In this document: positions 1 to 6,633 of the stretch, in pieces
How the letters are laid out: each line of letters opens with the position of its first letter
Position numbering within the stretch: position 1 is the first letter of the stretch
DNA from: Nitrospinota bacterium
GTDB taxonomy: Bacteria > UBA8248
Direction of reading: 5' to 3'
Length of the DNA stretch: 10,083 nt
Assembly: GCA_046581755.1 (NCBI GenBank)
Contig: JAYGFR010000192.1
Span: 1-10,083, forward strand
The notes under the pieces: model-generated
What the model was told of the DNA's origin: nothing
Seen by the model: the letters and a program-made list of their open reading frames with translations, nothing else
Databases searched by the model: none
Translations under genes and position numbers: made by a program

Positions 1-604
1 CGTTTTCGAGGTTAAAAGGTCAATCCCGGGATGGGAAATCCACATAGCGGGCATACAGATTCGCCCGCAAACAAAAATTCAAAAGATACAATGAGTTGCA
101 CGTGATTGATCCCCGGAGGAGGACAAAATTGGGCGAGAGAATGATTCCGGGGGTCTTCCGGCCGGTTTCGGTCATCTTCCGCATGGCGGCTCCTCCCGGA
201 GCGGATGCGCGGGCCAAAAGAGATGCGCGGAAAGGTATGCTTCTTGATTTGGGATGGCACTTGAGTTTATCCGGACAGGACAGTTGTTCCATGCTTCGCC
301 GTGGTCCGGTTCGGCGTAGCCCCGAATTCCCATACAAATCCCGCCCAATCATACCGCACCCAGATCGAGGCGGCATTATGCGGCTTTGGGTGGCTTTGGG
401 CTTTTATCCTCTCCATCGCATTCATCCTCGGTGCCGGCCCCGCGCCCGCCGCTGTCCGATACCGATAAGATTTCCGTTCCCGTCGATGACAGGCCGCGCC
501 GCTGTTTCCCTCGTTGATCGGGGCTTTGTCCAAATCTTGGCACGGTGTCCCAGTATAGTTTTTGCGGTATCAGTCGATTTGTAAGGAAAATCAATTAGAT
601 AGGC

Positions 605-631
605 TTAAGACTTCACTCGATAAACCGATAA
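605..631 (+). promoter_or_regulatory. Putative sigma-28 (FliA/SigD) promoter upstream of the HDOD gene
   Basis: TTAAG (605-609)-N14-ACCGATAA (624-631) matches the sigma-28 consensus TAAAG-N14-GCCGATAA at exact spacing, with one mismatch per box. It lies in AT-rich intergenic DNA ~100 nt before the HDOD start. Confidence 0.55.
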
Positions 632-733
632 CAAACAATACTGAGGTGATGAGTAAATTGTCTTTTATAGGCCTCGTTATGAGTCAACCTCATGGGGAGG
701 GAGACTAGGGCCTATTACGTCCGGTGGAATATT

Positions 734-1591
734 ATGGCCATAAATAAAATTTCCCTTTCGCAAGCTCTCGCCGAGGTGGATGCCCTTCCTCCCGTCTCCG
801 AAGTTTTTCATAAAGAATTAGAGTTGACCTCGCAGGAGAATGCCTCCCGGGCGGACCTTGTCCGGTGTATTTCCCTCGACCAAGCCATTTCCGCCAAAGT
901 TCTTCAGACGATCAATTCCGCTTACTTCGGGATGGGACAAAAAGTATCGAGTCTCGATATAGCCGTTGGATTGTTGGGGGATAATAACATTCGCGACATC
1001 GCCATAATGTGTTCGGCCTCCGCTTCCATGCGCAAATCGATCGCTGGCTACGGGATGCTGGCCGACCAATTCTGGCTTCATTCCGTGACGACCGCATTTG
1101 CCGCCCGGCTCATAGCCGATAAATGTGATGCCGAAGAACGTGAGACGGCTTTTGCTGCGGGTCTTCTTCACGACATCGGGATGGTGGTGATGGACCAAAT
1201 CATCCAGGATTCCCAAATCAAGATGATTTGGGACGATGAAATGGATATTTTCCCCGACTATTTTTCCATGGAGAACGAAATTTTCGGTTTTACCCATTGC
1301 AGGATTGGTTATTTCATAAGCCGGAACTGGAATTTTCCGGATAATCTGACGGCAGCCATTGCTTTTCATCATATGCCGGAATCGGACACCGATCATCGGG
1401 AATTGGTTCGCATTGTGAGTTTTGCCAACGTCCTGGCTCATCTGGTATCCATGGGAGTAATGGAGCCCAGGATCGTAGTGTTGCTTGGAGAGGAAGGCGG
1501 AATTCCTTTTGACTTTTCTTACAATGATATTGAAGAGATTTTCACAAGGCTGGTTGCCGAAGTTGAAGATTCCAAGGCTTTCTTGGGTTAA
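734..1591 (+). CDS. Stand-alone HDOD domain protein (HD-like signal output domain, HDIG motif)
   Basis: HDOD hallmarks: LPPVS, DQAISAKVLQTINSAYFG, AVGLLG, FWLHS, AFAAGLLHDIG, E..IFGFTH..IG....WNFP....AI.FHH. The ORF is open from ATG 692. ATG 734 (MAINKISL) gives a typical N-terminal length, but the start is uncertain. Confidence 0.92.
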   Translation: MAINKISLSQALAEVDALPPVSEVFHKELELTSQENASRADLVRCISLDQAISAKVLQTINSAYFGMGQKVSSLDIAVGLLGDNNIRDIAIMCSASASMRKSIAGYGMLADQFWLHSVTTAFAARLIADKCDAEERETAFAAGLLHDIGMVVMDQIIQDSQIKMIWDDEMDIFPDYFSMENEIFGFTHCRIGYFISRNWNFPDNLTAAIAFHHMPESDTDHRELVRIVSFANVLAHLVSMGVMEPRIVVLLGEEGGIPFDFSYNDIEEIFTRLVAEVEDSKAFLG

Positions 1592-1760
1592 AATCACCGT
1601 GTTCACGAGGCGAAATGGGACGTCGAGCCAAGTGCGGCCGGCGGCGCGAGGTGCATGACAGATTGCACCGGATTCCCGGGCCGGACCCGAAATGGGGGCA
1701 TGTCCACAGTTTAGGGCTCTCGCCCGCCATGGCACCAAGCAACTATGCCCGGGGCCACCC

Positions 1761-2792
1761 CTATTTCTTATTTCCCGCGGCCTCTTTTCCCCCAGCCTCT
1801 TTTCTCGAACTCCCTTCCCCCGGCGTATCTTCCAGGGTTTTCCAGGGAGCGGGGGGCGGGGGCTGCTTCATCCAGCGCAGGAGCTCGCGGCCCCTCGCCT
1901 CGTAAACGGCGCGGGCGCTCTCCGGGGTCCAGCGGTGAAACCCCTCTCCGGTTTTGACCCCGAGTTTCCCCTCGGCCACCATTTTCCGGATCATTTCCGA
2001 TCCCTCCGTCCGGCTATCCAGATGCGGGAGCACGTTGCGCTGGCTGTGTTCGGACATGTCCAGCCCGGTGAAATCGGTGAGGATGCACACCCCCATCACG
2101 GGAAACAAGCGGCCGAGCGAGCGCATCACCGTGTCCACCGCCTCGGGGGTGGCGTAGCCCTCCTCGATGATGTGGTTCACCTCCCGGCGCAGGGCCGTCG
2201 TCAGCCGGACCCCGATGTGCCCGGGAATCTCCCGGCAGACCACCGGCTCCTTGCCCGCCCGCCGCAGGAGGGCGCAGGCCACCTCCACGACCGCCGGGTC
2301 CGTCCGCTCCCCCGGAACCACTTCGACCACCGGCATCAGGGGAGGCGGGGTGTAGTTGTGGGTGGTGACGCAGCGCTCGGGGCGGGCGGTGTCCAGCGAG
2401 ATGTCCGTCATGCGAAGGCCCGATGTCTCGCTCGCCAAGATGGCGTGGGCCGGGGCGGCGGCGTCCATTTCCCTGAAAATTTTTTGCTTGAGTTCGAGGT
2501 CGTCCACCACCGCCTCAGTCACGAAATCGGCGTCATGGACGGCCTCGACCAGACCCCTCACCGGGCGGATTCTCCCGAGCGCCGCGTCCGCCTCGGCCCG
2601 GGTCGAGAGGCCCTCTTCAACGAACAGATCGAGCCCCCGGGCCATCGCGCGGGCCGAGCTTTCGGCGGTGCGGTTGACCATCGCGACGGGATACCCGGCC
2701 TGGGCGAAAAACTGGGCCACCCCGTGCCCCATCAACCCGCCGCCCACGACGGCGATCTTTTGGATGCGCTCCAATGCGTATTCGACCGTCAT
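1761..2792 (-). CDS. 3-hydroxyacyl-CoA dehydrogenase family NAD(P)-dependent oxidoreductase (atypical active site)
   Basis: Rossmann motif IAVVGGGLMGHG, ADFVTEAVVDDLELKQ, ILASETSG, catalytic His region TTHNYTPP..MPVVEVVPG, EIPGHIG.RL, ATPEAVD, GKLGVKTGEGFHRW. It starts 12 nt after the stop of the upstream ACAD. Confidence 0.92.
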   Translation of the reverse strand: MTVEYALERIQKIAVVGGGLMGHGVAQFFAQAGYPVAMVNRTAESSARAMARGLDLFVEEGLSTRAEADAALGRIRPVRGLVEAVHDADFVTEAVVDDLELKQKIFREMDAAAPAHAILASETSGLRMTDISLDTARPERCVTTHNYTPPPLMPVVEVVPGERTDPAVVEVACALLRRAGKEPVVCREIPGHIGVRLTTALRREVNHIIEEGYATPEAVDTVMRSLGRLFPVMGVCILTDFTGLDMSEHSQRNVLPHLDSRTEGSEMIRKMVAEGKLGVKTGEGFHRWTPESARAVYEARGRELLRWMKQPPPPAPWKTLEDTPGEGSSRKEAGGKEAAGNKK

Positions 2793-2804
2793 GACCCGGC
2801 CCCG

Positions 2805-4019
2805 CTAGGAGATGTATCCCGAGGTCGTCACTCCGCGAAGCATCTCGCCGATCTTGACCCGGTGGACGTCCGAGGTGCCGTCGATGTGGTAGCACATGAG
2901 CGAGTCGCGCAGGATCTTCTCGACGGGATACTCTTTCATATAGCCGTACCCTCCCATGAGCTGAAGCGCCATGTCGCAGACCTTGGGCCCCGCGTCCGAG
3001 GCGAATATCGAGGCGAGTATCCCCCGCTGGGAGTCGTATTCGGGCTGATCGGCGCTCCAGGCGGCCTGGATCGACACCGCCCGCGCCGCCTCTATGATCG
3101 AGGCCATCTCGCCGAGCCGGAGGGCCACGGTGGGGTGCTCAATAATGGGGTGCCCGCCCTGGACCCGGGTCTTGGCGTATTCGACCACATACTCGAAGGC
3201 GGCCCTCGCCAGCGCCACCCCGAACGCCCCCGTGGTCGGCACATGCCTTGCGCCGAACGAGCCCAGGAACGCGAGCCCCTTTCCCACCTCGCTCACCCGG
3301 TTGAGGTCGGGGACGCGGCAGTTCTGGAAGATGAGCTCGGCGTTCATCATGAGGCGGTTGCCCAGCTTGTCGTGGATGCGCCCGATGGTGAAGCCGGGGG
3401 TGTCCTTTTCGATGAGGAAGACGGTCACCCCTTTCGTTACGCCGACCGATGGGTCCGTGCGCGTGGAGACGAAAAAGAGCTTGGCGACCGAGGCGCTGGC
3501 GATGAAATGCTTGGTGCCGTCAATCACCCATTCGTCTCCGTCGCGGACGGCGGAGGTGCGCATGCCGCCGCCGGGCTCATCGTAGGGGATCAGGTTGTCG
3601 CAGCCGGCGTCCGGCTCGGTGATTCCCACCGCGAGGAGGGCCGTGTCGTCGTCCGTGAATTTGGGGAGGAAGTGGTCCCGCTGCTCCGGCGAGCACCGCT
3701 CGACGAGGAGCTTGGCCATCTTCCAGGCCTGATGGAAATGGGTGGCGAAGCCGGAATCGCCCTGGCAAAGCTCCTCGAGCATGAGGAGGTGGGTGAGGAT
3801 TCCGATCCCCGCGCCGCCATGCTCCTTTGTCAGGGCCGCCGTCCGCAGGCCCAGCTCCGAGCCCTTGCGGATAACGTCCCAGGGGAATTTTTCGTGAACC
3901 TCGCGCGGGTCGGCGATTTTATCCAGTTCCTTGGCAACGGGCTTGATCTCGTTGAGCGCGAAGTCCTTGCACAACTTTTGAAGGGAAAGCTGCTCTTCGG
4001 TGAAATGAAAATCGACCAT
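2805..4019 (-). CDS. Acyl-CoA dehydrogenase family flavoprotein (copy B; Asp at catalytic-base position)
   Basis: ACAD motifs GITEPDAGCD, DEWVIDGTKHFI, HDKLGNR...ELIFQNCRVP, GVALARAAFE...YAKTRVQGG.PI, QLMGGYGYMKEYPVEKILRD, HIDGTSDVHR. SD GGAGG lies 8 nt upstream of the ATG. Confidence 0.95.
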   Translation of the reverse strand: MVDFHFTEEQLSLQKLCKDFALNEIKPVAKELDKIADPREVHEKFPWDVIRKGSELGLRTAALTKEHGGAGIGILTHLLMLEELCQGDSGFATHFHQAWKMAKLLVERCSPEQRDHFLPKFTDDDTALLAVGITEPDAGCDNLIPYDEPGGGMRTSAVRDGDEWVIDGTKHFIASASVAKLFFVSTRTDPSVGVTKGVTVFLIEKDTPGFTIGRIHDKLGNRLMMNAELIFQNCRVPDLNRVSEVGKGLAFLGSFGARHVPTTGAFGVALARAAFEYVVEYAKTRVQGGHPIIEHPTVALRLGEMASIIEAARAVSIQAAWSADQPEYDSQRGILASIFASDAGPKVCDMALQLMGGYGYMKEYPVEKILRDSLMCYHIDGTSDVHRVKIGEMLRGVTTSGYIS

Positions 4020-4094
4020 GACTGGGCCCTCCCGGCCTCCTTAGATGGGGAAAAAGGTTGGCGATGGATAAGCGTCCGCCGGATGACCGCCGCT

Positions 4095-4139
4095 CCGGGC
4101 ATCTCCATGCCGGGCATTTTCATGCCGGGCATACCCATA
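4095..4139. repeat. Three tandem 15-bp imperfect repeats in an intra-operon spacer
   Basis: ccgggcatctccatg (4095-4109), ccgggcattttcatg (4110-4124), ccgggcatacccata (4125-4139). The junctions form the palindrome ATGCC-G-GGCAT. Confidence 0.85.
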
Positions 4140-4149
4140 AAAGGCGCGA

Positions 4150-5349
4150 TCAGGTCACGACGTAAATCTCGTCCAGCGGGTATTTTTGCAAGTTTTCGAT
4201 GCCATCGTCCGTGATCGCCGAGGTGTCGCCGATCCAGATGCCGGCCGATTCATCCTCGGTGACGGGCCATCCGATGACGTTCATGCACTGGTTTTTCGCG
4301 AACACGAAATCCGTGCCGGACACCTCGCCATCCACCGTCCGGATTTCGGGCTTGGAGTTGTAGTTCGACCAGCCGAAAACGCTGGATTTGGGCTTGTAGC
4401 CGCCGGCGGTGATGGTGTCCACACAATGGTGGGCGATATCGGCGCCGCTCAGGCCGGGCTTGATGGCCGCGTGGAGCTCGCGGTAGCTTTTCTGGCCCAG
4501 CTGGAACATTTCCTCATACTCCGGCGTCGGATCGCCCATGAAATAGGTCCCCCAGATCTTGCCGAAATAGCCCCCGTAGCCCACCGCGATCTCGGTCATG
4601 ACGACATCGCCCATCTCGATTGGGGTGGTCAGGGCGAACTCGTGGGCATAGGACATCTCGGGGTTCTTCATCGGGGTGCGGCCGATGTGGCCGAAAGGGA
4701 TTTTTCCGTCCATGCCCTGGGCGGTCTGCATGACGAGATTGTGCAGGTCGCACGGGCGGGCGCCGGGCCGGGTCGCGCGGACGAGAACATCGTAGACCGC
4801 GTCGGTCATGGCCACCCCCCGGCGCACGTATTCCATCTCCTTCTCGCTCTTGATGAGGCGAAGATCCTCGAACCATTCGGTGACGTACTCGAACCCGGTC
4901 TTGGGGAGCGCCTCGGTGATGGCGATATGATGGTCGTAGGGGAGGTTGATGTTGGCCCAGTGCATGGCGCCGACGATCCCCACCTTTTTTCCATCCACCC
5001 CGATCTCCCCCAGGCGCTCGGCCACCCGGAGGGGGGTCCGGGCCATCCCGCCCGCGCGGACATCCTTGAGCGGGGTCATCCGCCTGGCGTTGCGGAGGTG
5101 GTTTCCCCAGGTGACGAATACCGTGGGCTCGCCCTCGAGGGGGAAGACCACATAGGTCTGGACCATGGCGGCGAAGCTGGTGATATAGACGACGTTGGGC
5201 TGGGCGGGCTCGTTGCCCAGGTAGCCGCCGATTCCGTGAAGGATGAGCGCCTCAAGGCCCTTTTCGGCCATGGCCGCCCGGATGCGGGCATACCGGCTTT
5301 TATACTCATCCTCGGAAAACCAGGGCCAGAAGTTATTCTGACATTCCAT
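4150..5349 (-). CDS. M24 (Xaa-Pro peptidase/creatinase, pita-bread fold) family protein lacking canonical metal ligands
   Basis: Creatinase-type N-terminus FSEDEYKSRYARIRAAMAEKGLEALIL, linker LRLIKSEKEMEYVRR, RPGARPCDL, GDVVMTEI..GYGGY, AAIKPG, C-terminal GIWIGDTSAITDDGIENL. SD GGAG lies 6 nt upstream of the ATG. Confidence 0.9.
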   Translation of the reverse strand: MECQNNFWPWFSEDEYKSRYARIRAAMAEKGLEALILHGIGGYLGNEPAQPNVVYITSFAAMVQTYVVFPLEGEPTVFVTWGNHLRNARRMTPLKDVRAGGMARTPLRVAERLGEIGVDGKKVGIVGAMHWANINLPYDHHIAITEALPKTGFEYVTEWFEDLRLIKSEKEMEYVRRGVAMTDAVYDVLVRATRPGARPCDLHNLVMQTAQGMDGKIPFGHIGRTPMKNPEMSYAHEFALTTPIEMGDVVMTEIAVGYGGYFGKIWGTYFMGDPTPEYEEMFQLGQKSYRELHAAIKPGLSGADIAHHCVDTITAGGYKPKSSVFGWSNYNSKPEIRTVDGEVSGTDFVFAKNQCMNVIGWPVTEDESAGIWIGDTSAITDDGIENLQKYPLDEIYVVT

Positions 5350-5396
5350 GGACCGCTCCCCCCACCGGCGCCCCTAGAGGGCGGCACAGCAGCTGC

Positions 5397-6578
5397 CTAC
5401 AAGGCAGCTGTTACCTTGAAGCGCTTCAGGTAGTTGCCCCCGTCGAGATGCTTGATGCAAAAGGCGTCCCGCAGAATTTTCTCGAACGGCATGTCCTTCA
5501 TCACGCCCATTCCGCCCGCCAGCTCGGCGGCCTTGTGGGCGATCTCGAAGGCGTTTTCGGTGCAAAAGACCATCACCCCGGGCACCGCCTTGGGGTCGGG
5601 CGGCTCATGATCGACCGACCATGCTACGTTCCAGACGAGCGCCCGCATCGCCTGGAGGGTGACGTGCATATCGGCCAGTTCGCAGGCGATGGCCTGGTGC
5701 TCGATGACGGGCTTTCCGCCCTGGACGCGCCCCTTGCACCAATCGACGATCTCCTCCAAGGCCCGCCGCGCCACCCCGAGGCATCGGGCAGCGTTGAGGA
5801 TGCCGTCGCTCCGGAGGCCCGCCCGCATGGACGCGAGGCCCCCGTGCAGCGGGCCGAGCATCCACTCCTTGGGCACGCGGCAGTTCTCGAAAACGATCTC
5901 CTGGTTTCGAAGCAGCCGGAAGCCCATCTTATCGTGCACCCGGCCGAAGCTCATGCCGGGATGGCCCGCTGGGATCAGGAAGCTGGTGCACCCCTCCGAC
6001 ATGCCCTTGGCGGGGTCGGTGCGGGTGAAGACGACATAGAGCCGGGCGATGCCGGCGTGGGCGATAAACTGCTTGCGCCCGTTGATGACGTAGTCATCGC
6101 CGTCGGGAACGGCGGTGGTCCGCACCCCCGCTCCCTCCGCATCGTAGGGCAGAATATTGTCCCCGCCCGAGTCCGGCTCGGTCATGGCGATCGCCACCAT
6201 GAAGGCGGGATCGGCGCAGTATTCTTTCATCCATTTTCCGCGCACCTCCTCGCTGGCCACATCCGGGTTGAGAATGTGGAGGAGTTTCCGGCCGTTGACG
6301 GGGATGCTCGCCAGGGACAGGTCGGCCACGCCGAGCTCTTCGCAGACGATGCCGATGGTGACGGTGTCCTCCACCCCCCCGCCGCCGAAGGACTCGGGCA
6401 GCGCGAGGGTCCGGAAACCCAGCTCCGAGCACCGCTTCATCAAGACGTCGCTGACACAGTCCTCGGGGTTGGATCGCCGATCCAGTTCGGCGACGACCGG
6501 CTTGGCCTCATCGTTCACGAAATCGCGGGCCAGCTGCCGGAGAGCCAGTTGCTTTTCTGTGAGGCGGAAATCAACCAT
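5397..6578 (-). CDS. Acyl-CoA dehydrogenase family flavoprotein (copy A; Asp at catalytic-base position)
   Basis: ACAD motifs AMTEPDSGGD, DYVINGRKQFI, HDKMGFR...EIVFENCRVP, AARCLGVARRALE, RVQGGKPVIEHQAI, GGMGVMKDMPFEKILRDA, HLDGGNYLKR. SD GGAAGGA upstream. Confidence 0.95.
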   Translation of the reverse strand: MVDFRLTEKQLALRQLARDFVNDEAKPVVAELDRRSNPEDCVSDVLMKRCSELGFRTLALPESFGGGGVEDTVTIGIVCEELGVADLSLASIPVNGRKLLHILNPDVASEEVRGKWMKEYCADPAFMVAIAMTEPDSGGDNILPYDAEGAGVRTTAVPDGDDYVINGRKQFIAHAGIARLYVVFTRTDPAKGMSEGCTSFLIPAGHPGMSFGRVHDKMGFRLLRNQEIVFENCRVPKEWMLGPLHGGLASMRAGLRSDGILNAARCLGVARRALEEIVDWCKGRVQGGKPVIEHQAIACELADMHVTLQAMRALVWNVAWSVDHEPPDPKAVPGVMVFCTENAFEIAHKAAELAGGMGVMKDMPFEKILRDAFCIKHLDGGNYLKRFKVTAAL

Positions 6579-6633
6579 GTGGGCGTTCCTTCCATGATGC
6601 CGCGCGAATCGTAAAATCGGGTCCGCGCCCGGG

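Noticed and set aside
232..270. Sigma-54-like sequences (GGTATGCTTCTTGA; TGGCACTTGAGTTTA), also TGGCACGG near 538
   Set aside because: None has the required GC at -12 with GG-N10-GC spacing.
381..405. Short GGCTTTGG tandem repeat
   Set aside because: Only about 2.5 short copies; consistent with simple slippage, with no spacer structure.
455..468. Second CCGATAA sigma-28 -10-like box
   Set aside because: No -35 element at the correct spacing (GC-rich sequence there).
12..594. Several overlapping 70-160 aa ORFs on both strands
   Set aside because: Arg/Pro-rich, mutually overlapping, with no recognisable domain or consistent RBS. Treated as non-coding apart from the SD-led short ORF noted in findings.
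818..1738. 306-aa minus-strand ORF
   Set aside because: Antisense to the well-supported HDOD gene and has no motifs.
4095..4139. CRISPR interpretation of the 15-bp repeats
   Set aside because: Units are too short, directly adjacent without spacers, and there are no cas genes.
1692..4214. 840-aa plus-strand ORF (also 4186-5433, 5448-6614, 6712-7674)
   Set aside because: Antisense shadows of GC-rich minus-strand genes that have clear family motifs. The translations have no recognisable domain.
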